From: Thermodesulfovibrionales bacterium
GTDB lineage: Bacteria; Nitrospirota; Thermodesulfovibrionia; Thermodesulfovibrionales; SM23-35
Length of the DNA stretch: 64,000 nt
Direction: 5' to 3'
Assembly (NCBI GenBank): GCA_963715195.1
Contig: CAVQRT010000006.1
Coordinates: 1-64,000, forward strand
Position 1 is the stretch's first letter. Each line of letters starts with the position of its first letter. Under the pieces are notes generated by a model. It had not been told where the DNA came from and searched no databases. It saw nothing but the letters and a program-made list of their open reading frames with translations. A program made the position numbers and the translations under genes. Of this stretch, positions 1 to 9,584 are shown piece by piece.

Positions 1-785
1 TCCTGCATATCGTAGAGTCCCGGCTGTCTCCCGGAAAGCCAGAGCGCTGCCCTCAGGGCACCTCTCGCAAAGGTGTCCCTGCTCGATACCTTGTGGGTCA
101 CCTCTATTCTTTCACCGAGGCCACCGAACAGAACGGTGTGCTCCCCGACTATATCGCCGGCCCGGATTGTCTGGATGCCTATCTCCTTGGGGGTTCTCTC
201 CCCGATAATTCCCTTGCGGGCATACACGGCGACTTCATCCAGATTCCTGTTGAGGGCATCTGCAATCACCTGAGCCATTTTTAAAGCGGTTCCGCTCGGA
301 GCATCTTTTTTCATCCGGTGATGCGCCTCGATGATCTCGATATCATAGCCTTCTCCGAGAACCCGTGCGATATCCTGGAGAACTTTCAGGAGCAGGTTAA
401 CGCCCATGCTCATGTTGGAGGCCATGACACAGGGGATCTTTGTCGTAAGTCCGGTGACCTCTTTCAGGTTTTCTTTTGAAAATCCTGTCGTGCCGATGAC
501 CATGGCTTTTCCCCGTGAGGAGGCAAGCTTCAGATGTTCAAGGGATGCCTCAACCGTGGTAAAAGAGATGATGAGGTCAACAGCGTCAATGATCGATTCA
601 GGGCTGTCGGCAAGAAGAACCCCTGTATTACCGATTCCCGCGAGAGGCCCAACATCCTTGCCGATGTCCTTGTGGCCCTTCCGTTCGAATGCGCCTGCCA
701 ACTGCAGGCCTTGATACTCCTGCGAGAGAGCAGTAATCCTGCTCCCCATTCTGCCCGCCGCACCTGCAACAGCTATTTTGACCAT
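1..785 (-). CDS. dapB: 4-hydroxy-tetrahydrodipicolinate reductase (3' end runs off the window)
   Basis: Manual translation, absent from the ORF track: MVKIAVAGAAGRMGSR...EAHHRMKKDAPSGTA...IRAGDIVGEHTVLFGGLGERIEVTHKVSSRDTFARGA; SD AAGGAGG upstream. Confidence 0.95.
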   Translation of the reverse strand, partial: MVKIAVAGAAGRMGSRITALSQEYQGLQLAGAFERKGHKDIGKDVGPLAGIGNTGVLLADSPESIIDAVDLIISFTTVEASLEHLKLASSRGKAMVIGTTGFSKENLKEVTGLTTKIPCVMASNMSMGVNLLLKVLQDIARVLGEGYDIEIIEAHHRMKKDAPSGTALKMAQVIADALNRNLDEVAVYARKGIIGERTPKEIGIQTIRAGDIVGEHTVLFGGLGERIEVTHKVSSRDTFARGALRAALWLSGRQPGLYDMQ

Positions 786-985
786 GACAACCTCCTCCTT
801 GATATGTCTTAGCCCGAAAAAAGTATTTGAAAAGTGTAGATGTTGTGAGAAAAATTATTTTTCGATACCTTAGTGTACATTGAACCGATGCTTAAATGAA
901 TATTGTTATCCAAAGAGCGATGATAGATATTTCAATCAGATTATCGAGTTAAATTATTTTTCGAACAAGGTCAGCACTTTTCGGG

Positions 986-1162
986 TTAGGAAGTTTCTTT
1001 TTGTTTTTCCTGTACCTCTTCTTTTCTTGTTTCGGCAACTTTATATTCCTCGGTTACCCACTTACCAAAATCGACCAGCTTGCACCTTTCTGAACAGAAG
1101 GGCCTCCAGGGATTTTCCTCCCAGGTTGTTTTCTTCCGGCAAACAGGACAGATAATGATCAT
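986..1162 (-). CDS. yacG: DNA gyrase inhibitor YacG (58 aa zinc-binding protein)
   Basis: Manual translation MIIICPVCRKKTTWEENPWRPFCSERCKLVDFGKWVTEEY...; CPxC and RPFCSERC motifs; ATGA overlap with the upstream gene. Confidence 0.92.
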   Translation of the reverse strand: MIIICPVCRKKTTWEENPWRPFCSERCKLVDFGKWVTEEYKVAETRKEEVQEKQKETS

Positions 1163-1686
1163 TGAATCACATTCTGTATTGTTTGGCCGGAATTTTTCAA
1201 GTTTTTTATCAGCATTTCCGATATGAACCCGTTGAGTGTGCCTGTCAGCGTCCCGAGAAGCATAATGAGTGGTGTAATAAGGAGGATCGCTTCAATCCTC
1301 TGAACGAAGAAGAAATAGGCGATGATGAGCTGGGCAATATTATGGGTCAAAGCCCCTACGATACTGAGACCAACTGCGCTGAATAACCGCGGCATTGCTA
1401 TGAATACGATGCCCATGGCAAGGATGCTCGTTGTTCCTCCGCCGAGACTGAGCAGAAAGGCCGGGCCAAGAAATGTACCGGAGAGCAGGGAGCCAAGGAC
1501 AACGCGAATGAGCGTAACCATGACGGCGGGATACAGACCATACAATATCAAGGTCACAAGGGTTATAATGTTTGCAAAGCCTGGTCTCAGCCACGGAATT
1601 GGTGTTGGAATTAAACTTTCAATACCGTGGATCCCCAGGGCAAATGCCGACAGCAGGGCTATGCGGTACCTATCGCGTAACTGCAT
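1159..1686 (-). CDS. Gx transporter family membrane protein (heptaprenyl diphosphate synthase component I-like)
   Basis: IESLIPTPIPWLRPGFANII, LSLGGG and SIVGALTHNIAQL motifs; hydrophobic; start may be 1701. Confidence 0.85.
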   Translation of the reverse strand: MQLRDRYRIALLSAFALGIHGIESLIPTPIPWLRPGFANIITLVTLILYGLYPAVMVTLIRVVLGSLLSGTFLGPAFLLSLGGGTTSILAMGIVFIAMPRLFSAVGLSIVGALTHNIAQLIIAYFFFVQRIEAILLITPLIMLLGTLTGTLNGFISEMLIKNLKNSGQTIQNVIQ

Positions 1687-2059
1687 CAATTCCCCTGTCA
1701 TCGCTTTCAGGGCCTTGGATTGTGATGACGACGCTGTTCGGCAGGCATACCAGCGAACCTTTCTGTATCCAACCTTGCTTCACGCAGAGCTTGTGCGGGC
1801 AGGGAGAATCAATGATACGAACCCTGTTCCCTTTGATCTCCACAATTGTTCTCCCCTGTGGGCCTTCGACAGCAATAGTCCTGTTTTCCTGAAGCGGAAA
1901 AACATATGCAGTTTTTCCATTCACATCGATCAGGACAGACCGGCTCTCAGGAAGGAGTTCCCTGACGAAGAAAATTCCCGAAATTGATAGCATGAACAGG
2001 ATCAGGAAGAGAAAACGGTCAGCAGCAGTTGTTATATCAAAGAGATTCCGTAAGTTCAA
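1670..2059 (-). CDS. NusG domain II-containing protein (DUF1312)
   Basis: N-terminal TM helix, then SPCPHKLCVKQGWI...LVCLPN; TTG at 2059 taken as the likely start (ORF extends to 2122). Confidence 0.85.
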   Translation of the reverse strand: MNLRNLFDITTAADRFLFLILFMLSISGIFFVRELLPESRSVLIDVNGKTAYVFPLQENRTIAVEGPQGRTIVEIKGNRVRIIDSPCPHKLCVKQGWIQKGSLVCLPNSVVITIQGPESDDRGIDAVTR

Positions 2060-3083
2060 GATAACCCCTGATTCCGGGAGTTGCGTGCACGATGCCATTG
2101 CGGTCAATAATAATACCTTCAAGCCCGGCTTTTTCGATTGCTTTTAGTCCTTTTTCCGGACCAAGAATGAATATTGCAGTGGAATATGCATCAGCGAAAG
2201 CACCATCAGGTGATACAATGCTGACACTCTGGCACCCTTCTGCAGGGTAGCCTGTTTTGGGAGAGATAAGGTGATGAATTCGTCTGCCGTTCAGGACAAA
2301 GAAACGTTCATAGTCTCCTGATGTTGAAATTGACATGTCGCTGAGCTGAATCACTCCAATTATATCATCCTGTCCCTTTCCTCTTGGATGACGTATCCCG
2401 ACCCTCCAAGGCTTGCCGTCTGGTTTCAATCCAAAAGTCCTGATATCACCTGCGACAGCAACAATGCCGGAGCGTATGCCATGTTTTTTCAAAACTTCGG
2501 CAGCTCTCCCGGCAGCATACCCTTTCATGATTCCGCCGGCATCGATGAGCATCCCGCTTTTTCTGAGGAAGACCGTTGACTGTTCCCTGTTAATAGACAT
2601 ATTGCGGTAACCGACCAATGAAAGGGCTTCTCGGACCTCCGAATTTCCGGGGTTTATTTCATTGCGAAAATCATACAGAGATATGACTGGCCCAATGGTC
2701 AGATCAAAAGCACCATCAGTCACCTCGGATACCTGACGTGCTTTTGTCAGAAGATCAAGGATATCGGGTGAAACCTTTACCGGAGATGTGCCCGCATTCA
2801 GGTTGATTCGTGATATTTCACTGTCCGGTGAATAAAAGGTTGCTGCCTTTTCGAGCCGCTCGATTTCATGGAATGCCTTATCGATTGCCTCATCAGCACC
2901 GGTTGATGTGCGTGCAACAACCGTAATGGTGACGAAGGTATCCATAACGGACCTGCTTTTTTTGAATACCCGTTCCTTCTGCGGAGCACAAGCAAAAACA
3001 GAAAACAGCAGGCAGGATACAGTAATGGAAAAGAAAAGAAAGATAACCCCAAGTCTGCACGGTTTGTAGTTGCATATCCTCAT
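2037..3083 (-). CDS. apbE: FAD:protein FMN transferase (ApbE lipoprotein)
   Basis: [47 protein letters not shown]; lipobox-like VFAC. Confidence 0.93.
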   Translation of the reverse strand: MRICNYKPCRLGVIFLFFSITVSCLLFSVFACAPQKERVFKKSRSVMDTFVTITVVARTSTGADEAIDKAFHEIERLEKAATFYSPDSEISRINLNAGTSPVKVSPDILDLLTKARQVSEVTDGAFDLTIGPVISLYDFRNEINPGNSEVREALSLVGYRNMSINREQSTVFLRKSGMLIDAGGIMKGYAAGRAAEVLKKHGIRSGIVAVAGDIRTFGLKPDGKPWRVGIRHPRGKGQDDIIGVIQLSDMSISTSGDYERFFVLNGRRIHHLISPKTGYPAEGCQSVSIVSPDGAFADAYSTAIFILGPEKGLKAIEKAGLEGIIIDRNGIVHATPGIRGYLELTESL

Positions 3084-5602
3084 GATGCTGCCCGGATAAA
3101 ATTGTGGCGGATCAGTTTGTCTCTCAGGAATCTTCCCGTGTAGGATACGGGATTCATGCTAACCTGCTCAGGGGTTCCTTGGGCGATAACCATCCCTCCC
3201 TCATCTCCACCTTCGGGACCGAGATCTATCAGATAGTCAGCAGATTTTATCACGTCAAGATTATGTTCGATGACAATAACCGTATCGCCGGCATCAACCA
3301 GGCTGTTTAAAACCGTCAGCAGTTTCTGAATATCAATAAAATGGAGGCCGGTTGTTGGTTCATCGAGGATATAGAGAGTTTTGCTCTTTTTCCCTTTCCC
3401 GAGTTCCCTCGACAGCCTCACCCTTTGGGCCTCTCCACCGGAAAGGGTTGAAGCAGGCTGCCCAAGCTGCAGATACCCGAGCCCTACATCCTCAAGTACT
3501 TCGAGTTTCCGGCGAATCGGTGGGATCGATGAGAAGAATTGCAGGGCTTCCGAGATGGTCATCCCGAGTATTTCCGCGATATTCTTCTCCCGGTATTGTA
3601 TTTCAAGGGTTTCCCTGTTATACCGTTTCCCCTTGCAGGAGTTGCACGGAATATAAACATCCGGGAGAAAATGCATCTCTACCTTGATCAGGCCGTCTCC
3701 GGCGCATGATTCACAGCGCCCCCCGGAGAGATTAAAACTGAACCGTGAGGCAGAATAGCCGCGCACCCGTGAATCAGGAACCTGAGCAAACAGTTCCCGT
3801 ATGAATGAGAAGACGCCGGTATACGTTGCGGGATTGGAACGGGGTGTTTTTCCCAACGGCGACTGGTCAACACTGATTACACGGTTAATCTTGTCAATGC
3901 CCTGTATTTCTGAATATCTCCCGGGTGCAGGTTTGCTGCCGTAAAGTTCCCTGCAGAGAGCCTTGTACAAGACCTCATAGACGAGGGTGCTCTTCCCTGA
4001 TCCTGAAACACCGGTAACGCAGGTAAAGATTCCGAGCGGGATATTCACTGAAATGTTCTTCAGATTGAATGCCCGGGCTCCGGTGATCCTGATCATCTTC
4101 TCCGGTTCACGTCTCCTGAAGGGGGTTTCCACCGACAGAGATCCGTTGAGGTATTGGCCAGTAACGGAATTCCCGTTTCTCATGATCTCTTCCGGTCCGC
4201 CGGAGGCGACAACCCAGCCGCCCCTCAGCCCTGCTCCCGGCCCCATGTCAACGATATGGTCGGCCCAGCGTATCGTTTCCTCATCATGCTCAACGACGAT
4301 CACCGTATTGCCGGCATCCCGGATTGAGGAGAGGCTTTCGAGAAGTTTCCTGCAGTCTCGCGGGTGCATTCCGATGCTTGGTTCATCCAGAATATACAGA
4401 ACGCCAGTCAGAGAGGAGCCGAGCTGGGTCGCGAGACGTATTCTCTGCGCTTCTCCTCCGGAAAGTGTCAAGGAAGACCTGCTCAGGGTGAGATAATCCA
4501 GACCGACTTTTTCCATAAAATGGAGCCTGTCTTTTACTTCTTTCAAGATGCGCGAGGCGATAACCTGTTCCCTCTCGGTGAGGGTGAGGCTCTCGACGAA
4601 TGCAACGGCCTCCCGAGCCGTAAGGTCTGCGAATTCGCCGATATTTTTCCCCTGCACCCTGATGCTCAGGGCTTCCTTCCGCAATCTCATTCCATTGCAA
4701 AGCCTGCAGTGCCGGTATTCCAAAAGTTCATCGGAATCTTCATCAACATCTTCGTATCCGAGTCCGTTGCATCTCTGGCAGGCACCTTGGGCGCTGTTAA
4801 ATGAGAAGAACATCGGATTGATTTCCGGATAACTGATGCCGCAGTGCGCACAGACAGCGGATTTCGAAAAGAGGATGTCCCTGTTGTCTTTCAGGAGATT
4901 GATAACAACGGTATCCGAATAGCCAAGTGCCGTTTCTATGGAGTCTTCTATCTGGCGGTTGATGCCGGGCTTTATGATCAGCCTGTCGATAACGATCTCG
5001 ATCGTATGGCGTTTCTGTTTCAGCAGGCGTATATCCCCGGTCAGGTCTCTGATCTCTCCGTCGATGCGGGCCCTGATAAAACCTTCCCTCCGCATTGTCT
5101 GGAGCTCTTTGCGGTATTCTCCCTTCCTGTCCCGGACGAGCGGCGAAAGTATCTGAATTCTGCTCCCCTCCGGCAGGGACATTACCGATTGCATGATATC
5201 CGCTGATTCCTGTTTGGTGATCATCGAATCGCAGTTATAGCAGTGCTGCTTTCCTATCCTCGTATAGAGGACCCTTAAATAATCGTATATTTCGGTTATG
5301 GTACCGACTGTTGAACGGGGGCTCTTGTTTCCGGTTTTCTGATCTATTGATATGGACGGCGAGAGTCCCTCGATATAATCAACATCCGGTTTGTGGAGTT
5401 GCTCGATGAACTGCCTTGCATATGCAGAAAGACTTTCAACATACCGTCTCTGACCTTCGGCATAAATGGTATCGATTGCGAGTGATGACTTGCCTGAGCC
5501 AGAGGGCCCCGTTATAACGGTCAATGATTCCCTGGGTATCGAGAGATCGATATTCCTGAGGTTGTGTTCGCGTGCACCCTTGATGATTATGAAATTCTGC
5601 AT
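3080..5602 (-). CDS. uvrA: Excinuclease ABC subunit A
   Basis: GAREHNL, two Walker A motifs ([16 protein letters not shown]), LSGGEAQR twice, zinc fingers. Confidence 0.97.
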   Translation of the reverse strand: MQNFIIIKGAREHNLRNIDLSIPRESLTVITGPSGSGKSSLAIDTIYAEGQRRYVESLSAYARQFIEQLHKPDVDYIEGLSPSISIDQKTGNKSPRSTVGTITEIYDYLRVLYTRIGKQHCYNCDSMITKQESADIMQSVMSLPEGSRIQILSPLVRDRKGEYRKELQTMRREGFIRARIDGEIRDLTGDIRLLKQKRHTIEIVIDRLIIKPGINRQIEDSIETALGYSDTVVINLLKDNRDILFSKSAVCAHCGISYPEINPMFFSFNSAQGACQRCNGLGYEDVDEDSDELLEYRHCRLCNGMRLRKEALSIRVQGKNIGEFADLTAREAVAFVESLTLTEREQVIASRILKEVKDRLHFMEKVGLDYLTLSRSSLTLSGGEAQRIRLATQLGSSLTGVLYILDEPSIGMHPRDCRKLLESLSSIRDAGNTVIVVEHDEETIRWADHIVDMGPGAGLRGGWVVASGGPEEIMRNGNSVTGQYLNGSLSVETPFRRREPEKMIRITGARAFNLKNISVNIPLGIFTCVTGVSGSGKSTLVYEVLYKALCRELYGSKPAPGRYSEIQGIDKINRVISVDQSPLGKTPRSNPATYTGVFSFIRELFAQVPDSRVRGYSASRFSFNLSGGRCESCAGDGLIKVEMHFLPDVYIPCNSCKGKRYNRETLEIQYREKNIAEILGMTISEALQFFSSIPPIRRKLEVLEDVGLGYLQLGQPASTLSGGEAQRVRLSRELGKGKKSKTLYILDEPTTGLHFIDIQKLLTVLNSLVDAGDTVIVIEHNLDVIKSADYLIDLGPEGGDEGGMVIAQGTPEQVSMNPVSYTGRFLRDKLIRHNFIRAAS

Positions 5603-5683
5603 AGGGGTATCATTTCACTATACCTGAAAATAATCATGGAGTTAAAGCATGTATTTTCTGAAAAAAATGTGTACTATAGTTCT

Positions 5684-6052
5684 ATGAAAAAAATAGTCTT
5701 TTTGGTATGGCTGTTTCTTATTCCCGCTATCTCCTTTGCCGAGCCTTCCATAGCCTTCGATGATGAAATGAAGGATTTTGGCAAAGTGACAGCCGGGGAT
5801 ATTTTGGAACACGGATTCGAGGTCAGAAATACCGGGGATAAGGAGCTGATTATCGAAAAGGTGATTCCCTCCTGAGGGTGCGCTGCAGCAATGGCCAGTT
5901 CGGACCATGTCAATCCCGGAGACACCGGAAAGATCACCGCAAAGATAGATACAAAGGGCAGAAGAGGGCTGGTATCTAAGGGAATTCAGGTGTTTTCAAA
6001 CGACCCCAAAAGACCGGTTGTGACCCTTTACCTGAAAGCAGTCATAAAATAG
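5684..6052 (+). CDS. DUF1573-domain exported protein, probable selenoprotein (TGA at 5873-5875 read as Sec; 122 aa)
   Basis: Signal peptide, DFGKV...FEVRNTGDKELII...PS-TGA-GC, frame continues AAAMASSDHVNPGDTGKITAKIDTKG...VFSNDP...LYLKAVIK-TAG; TGA sits at the first Cys of the family CGC motif. Confidence 0.8.
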
Positions 6053-6058
6053 TTCGTT

Positions 6059-6304
6059 ATGTCGTTGAAGGAGAGCTGCCCGGGGAGCAGGGAGATTCGA
6101 ACACCATATCCTGAAGAAATAACCTGTATCTGGTGTGATGCCGTCTCAGAGATATGGTCAGATGAAGCAGAAATCATCTGTAAGAATTGCAAGAAAACCA
6201 TATCTCGGGAGATGCGGCCTACCTGCATCGAATGGTGCCCTGCAGCAAAAGAATGTATCGGTGCCGAGCGGTATGAACGGCTGATGAAGTTCAGAAGACG
6301 ATAA
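6059..6304 (+). CDS. Small Cys-rich (zinc-ribbon-like) hypothetical protein
   Basis: CPG...CxxC...EIWSDE...CxxC...CIEWCxxAxEC; 8 Cys in 81 aa. Confidence 0.75.
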   Translation: MSLKESCPGSREIRTPYPEEITCIWCDAVSEIWSDEAEIICKNCKKTISREMRPTCIEWCPAAKECIGAERYERLMKFRRR

Positions 6305-6329
6305 GTATTGAAGCACAGAAGGCAACAAG

Positions 6330-7175
6330 TCAGGGCTGCAGCAGGCAGATCTCGTCAGCTTCCCTCTTGAGCATCCTCGCAGTCTGGGTGTCGAGGCCGC
6401 TTCGTGAAAGAAATGTTTCCTGATCGATGACGGCGATATCCTTTGCCAGAATAAATTTGTTGCGGAAGAGAATATCGAGGATGTTTCTTTTCACCGATGT
6501 CAGGATGGTTACGGGATACAGTCTCCTGTTTTCGATCATCTTCTCGAGGCTCTCTTTCTGAGGATATCTCCAACTGACTATCCTCAGACCCATACATTCT
6601 GCAAACTTTATTGCATCAGTAGAACATCGGGTATTGGTTACGAGCCATCCCTGTTTTATGACGACGGCATTTGCAGTGTTGGATTCGTAAGCCTTTTTAA
6701 TATCATTGAATCGTGAGTAGATATACAGCGCTGTTTTCACGTCGGTAGGAATTCCGCCGTTGCTGTGGTATTTGCACTCGATGACGAAACCGGCATTATC
6801 CCTCAGGGCAAACACATCGACTTCATGCGTGACGCAGTATCCATTCAGAATCCTGTTGACCTCAACCGAATAGCCATACTCCCTCAGGATCCGGGCAAAA
6901 TACTGCTCGAACTGATAGCCTGCGGGTCCGAGAGAATAAATTGCCCTCTTGATTGAATACCTCATGTCGGCAGCCCGGTTGTATTTTCGCAATAACTTCC
7001 TCGCCATTCTGAAGATATGTTTTGTGCGTGCGTGCGGAGTAATCTGCGCTGCGACTTTCTGCGCGATCTCCAGTGCAATGTCTTCAGACGCGCCTGAGCG
7101 GACGAGCGAGTCGACGAGTTTCCGGATGTCGAAATCTTCTGACTGACCCGATGCTTTTACAATAGATACCGACAT
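6330..7175 (-). CDS. ATP-cone domain + Mrr-like restriction endonuclease domain protein
   Basis: N-terminal IVKASGQSEDFDIRKL (ATP cone); FEQYF...HEVDV...IECK...GWLVTN PD-(D/E)xK-type motifs. Confidence 0.8.
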   Translation of the reverse strand: MSVSIVKASGQSEDFDIRKLVDSLVRSGASEDIALEIAQKVAAQITPHARTKHIFRMARKLLRKYNRAADMRYSIKRAIYSLGPAGYQFEQYFARILREYGYSVEVNRILNGYCVTHEVDVFALRDNAGFVIECKYHSNGGIPTDVKTALYIYSRFNDIKKAYESNTANAVVIKQGWLVTNTRCSTDAIKFAECMGLRIVSWRYPQKESLEKMIENRRLYPVTILTSVKRNILDILFRNKFILAKDIAVIDQETFLSRSGLDTQTARMLKREADEICLLQP

Positions 7176-7211
7176 TGAGAAATACTATACCATATGGAAG
7201 TAAGGTGAGAA

Positions 7212-7240
7212 AGGCAGCCAGGGAGGGTTTCTGGCTGCCT
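7212..7240 (-). terminator. 10-bp GC-rich hairpin, possible terminator of a short minus-strand RNA
   Basis: AGGCAGCCAG(7212-7221)/CTGGCTGCCT(7231-7240); only a weak TTTCTC tail on the minus strand. Confidence 0.45.
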
Positions 7241-7274
7241 GAAGGAGTGAATAGAAGAATCGCTTTTGAAAGGT

Positions 7275-7344
7275 ATCATACTTCAAAAATGTGATGAAAC
7301 AGTGAAGAAAATATGAAGGATTCATGAATAAAAATGATGAATCC
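7275..7344 (-). promoter_or_regulatory. Five phased 10-11-bp direct repeats 10 bp upstream of a TATGAT -10 box (OmpR/PhoB-type box array)
   Basis: GTGATGAAACA GTGAAGAAAAT ATGAAGGATTC ATGAATAAAA ATGATGAATCC starting at 7291, 7302, 7313, 7324, 7334; minus-strand TATGAT at 7280-7275. Confidence 0.5.
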
Positions 7345-7538
7345 GGTACAAAACGGATGACATCCTCTGTCTTATTCCGGTAGCCACATCATGACGATAT
7401 TTGTCAAACCAGACCAGGACCGCCGGCTATTAGGAAAAATATCGATAAATATCAATAGAATACGTATCTCTCCTTGTGGCAAAATTCTTGCTGATATGGT
7501 ATACCATGAAGAAGAAAATTGGAGAGAATCCCAAAGGA

Positions 7539-8006
7539 ATGTTTAACCGGGTTCTTTTTGCTGTCTGCATCATCTGGATCCTTTCATCATCAGCATATCC
7601 GGCTGACTGGTGTTTTGTTGCCTCTTCAAAAAATCATTACTATTATGTTGATTCAGAGAGCATCAGTTGCTACAGAAAAAACATAACCTTCTGGATTGTT
7701 CAGCAGGATATCGAATCGGGTGAACCTCGCTATAAAAAACAATTTACGATTAACTGTGAGGATGAAACTGTGGCCCTGAGAAAAGCAGAGCGATTTGGTG
7801 TTTCAGGCTCCGTCAGGGATTTCTTTACGGACGAACGATACGATGAATGGGCCGAGATCCGGCCTCATTCAAAGATGCGTGCAGTCCACAACATAGTATG
7901 TTGCGACAGCAGGCCGAGAGGAAATTTAAGAGAATATCTGCAGAAAACGATGGTGAAAAAAGAGGATTTCAGGGCATCCTCTGAAAAGTCATCAGAAAAG
8001 AACTGA
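7539..8006 (+). CDS. Exported hypothetical protein, surface-adhesin E-like fold
   Basis: Signal peptide, then ADW...YYVDSESI...FW...INC...W..I.P.S...IVC pattern; start uncertain (7476, 7506 or 7539). Confidence 0.55.
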   Translation: MFNRVLFAVCIIWILSSSAYPADWCFVASSKNHYYYVDSESISCYRKNITFWIVQQDIESGEPRYKKQFTINCEDETVALRKAERFGVSGSVRDFFTDERYDEWAEIRPHSKMRAVHNIVCCDSRPRGNLREYLQKTMVKKEDFRASSEKSSEKN

Positions 8007-8009
8007 TCA

Positions 8010-8171
8010 TCAGGCTGTCTGTTTCCTCCGCTCATATTTATTGAGCAGATCTCTGATTGCTTCCTCCAGCAGTTGATTAATCGATTTTTCCTGATACGCT
8101 GCAAGGATTTTAATCTCCTTTATTGTTTCTCTGTCTAGTCTTGTCGTAAACATTTTCTTATCGGCATCCAT
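8010..8171 (-). CDS. Ribbon-helix-helix DNA-binding protein (53 aa)
   Basis: MDADKKMFTTRLDRETIKEIKILAAYQEKSINQLLEEAIRDLLNKY; SD GGAG upstream. Confidence 0.8.
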   Translation of the reverse strand: MDADKKMFTTRLDRETIKEIKILAAYQEKSINQLLEEAIRDLLNKYERRKQTA

Positions 8172-8310
8172 GACTTGCTCCCGAATGATTGAACTGTAGA
8201 TAGTATATTCATATATATTTATATAAGTCAATAAATAATTATTGACATATAATATAAAATTATGATTTAATGATTGACATATGTACATATTATTATTATG
8301 GAGGTGTAAG

Positions 8311-8529
8311 GTGAAAAAATATTTTCCGATGGAATGGTATTCAGCATGCTATGAAAAATTACTGGATGTCATGAGAAACAGGAAGGGATTAACACACTTT
8401 GAACTGCTTGAATATTTCCTGCTCATCGTTATGGTGATTGGGGTTGCACTTGTTTTAGGGACATCGTTCTCTGAGGTCCAGGCAAAAATCTGGGCGACGT
8501 TACACAATGAGCTGTTGAGTTTGAACTAA
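8311..8529 (+). CDS. Flp/type IVb pilin-like small membrane protein
   Basis: SD GGAGGT then GTG; basic leader ending RNRKG, then LTHFELLEYFLLIVMVIGVALVLG hydrophobic helix. Confidence 0.5.
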   Translation: MKKYFPMEWYSACYEKLLDVMRNRKGLTHFELLEYFLLIVMVIGVALVLGTSFSEVQAKIWATLHNELLSLN

Positions 8530-8619
8530 GGCATGGAAAAGGTCCGCAAATGAATCATTATTTGTTTGCCATGATACAATCAGAAAAAAGATTTTCCTAC
8601 ATAATTTCGGGAGGGAGAA

Positions 8620-8970
8620 ATGGTCGAACAGTGGATCAGAGAAATAAAAGAGAACTCGGATTTTAAGGATCTCGGCATGTTTCTCGTGCATCATGGGGTG
8701 GTTCGGGCTACTGCAAAAGACGGGACGCCTGTAAAAGGAATGCAGCTCTCCTACGACAAGAAGAAATTAACAGACCTTGTGAACGGGTTGAGCATGAGAG
8801 AGGGCATTACTTCAATAAAGGTATGGATAAATGAGGGCTTGCTCCACGTGGGGGACGACATCATGTATGCACTTGTTGCGGGAAAATTCAGGACGGATGT
8901 TTTTCCGGTGCTTGAAGAGCTTGTTTCGCGGATAAAAAAAGAAATTGTTTCCGAAGCGGAGAATTTTTAA
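8620..8970 (+). CDS. moaE: Molybdopterin synthase catalytic subunit-like (short MoaE family)
   Basis: LGMFLVHHGVVR, GLLHVGDDIMYALVAGKFRTDVF, IKKEIVSEAE. Confidence 0.8.
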   Translation: MVEQWIREIKENSDFKDLGMFLVHHGVVRATAKDGTPVKGMQLSYDKKKLTDLVNGLSMREGITSIKVWINEGLLHVGDDIMYALVAGKFRTDVFPVLEELVSRIKKEIVSEAENF

Positions 8971-8976
8971 AGATTA

Positions 8977-9507
8977 TTAGTAAAAAGAAGCTTTTCTCCG
9001 GAGGTCTTCGACAACCCGCTTGATATGGTAAACACCTCTGATGTTCAATTCACCTGCTCTTGTTTTCAGCAGGAGAGAACCGATATGAAAAGGCGCCTCA
9101 ATCAAATTCTGCTTGAAAGAGATTTCATGAATATCAGAGACGAGGATAAACTCTTCTTTCCGTGCCAGATGTCCCGTCAGCAGGCGGATGCGGGTCGTAT
9201 CTATTTCATAGTAACTCATGATATTCCACAGTAATATCCGCAGGCCGTAGACAAGAAAGGGTATTGATAGAAGCTTCCCGTACGGCAGATTCTGCAGAAG
9301 TCTGATGCGGGGGGTATGAAGGTTTGCAATGAGACTGACAATGGTTTTGGAGACGACCGGAGAATATTTAATCAACAAATAAGCACTGCCAAAGCAAATG
9401 GCGTAAATGACGAGAAAAGAAATTGGTGAGGGTTTTTGTCTGTAATAGAACTCAGCTTTTTCCAAAAAGAATTCCTCCGTGTAATTCACGCATCCGCCTG
9501 AATGCAT
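8977..9507 (-). CDS. Membrane protein with bacterial PH (bPH_2) domain
   Basis: Two TM segments, then YEIDTTRIRLLTG...IHEISFKQNLIEAPFHIGSL; start uncertain. Confidence 0.65.
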   Translation of the reverse strand: MHSGGCVNYTEEFFLEKAEFYYRQKPSPISFLVIYAICFGSAYLLIKYSPVVSKTIVSLIANLHTPRIRLLQNLPYGKLLSIPFLVYGLRILLWNIMSYYEIDTTRIRLLTGHLARKEEFILVSDIHEISFKQNLIEAPFHIGSLLLKTRAGELNIRGVYHIKRVVEDLRRKASFY

Positions 9508-9584
9508 GGCGGGGTGGACGGGACTTGAACCCGCGACCTCTGGCTTGACAGGCCAGCGTTCTAACCGGGCTGAACTACCACCCC
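9507..9584 (-). tRNA. tRNA-Asp(GTC)
   Basis: GGGGTGG-TA-GTTC...CTGGC CTGTCAA GCCAG...GCGGG TTCAAGT CCCGT-CCACCCC-GCCA folds as a cloverleaf. Confidence 0.97.

Noticed and set aside
73..1155. Short ORFs listed at the start of the ORF track
   Set aside because: They are shadows of dapB and yacG, which have clear motifs on the minus strand
5564..5875. 103-aa ORF ending at TGA 5875 as a complete gene or pseudogene
   Set aside because: The domain continues in frame past the TGA at a conserved Cys position; better explained as Sec read-through from ATG 5684
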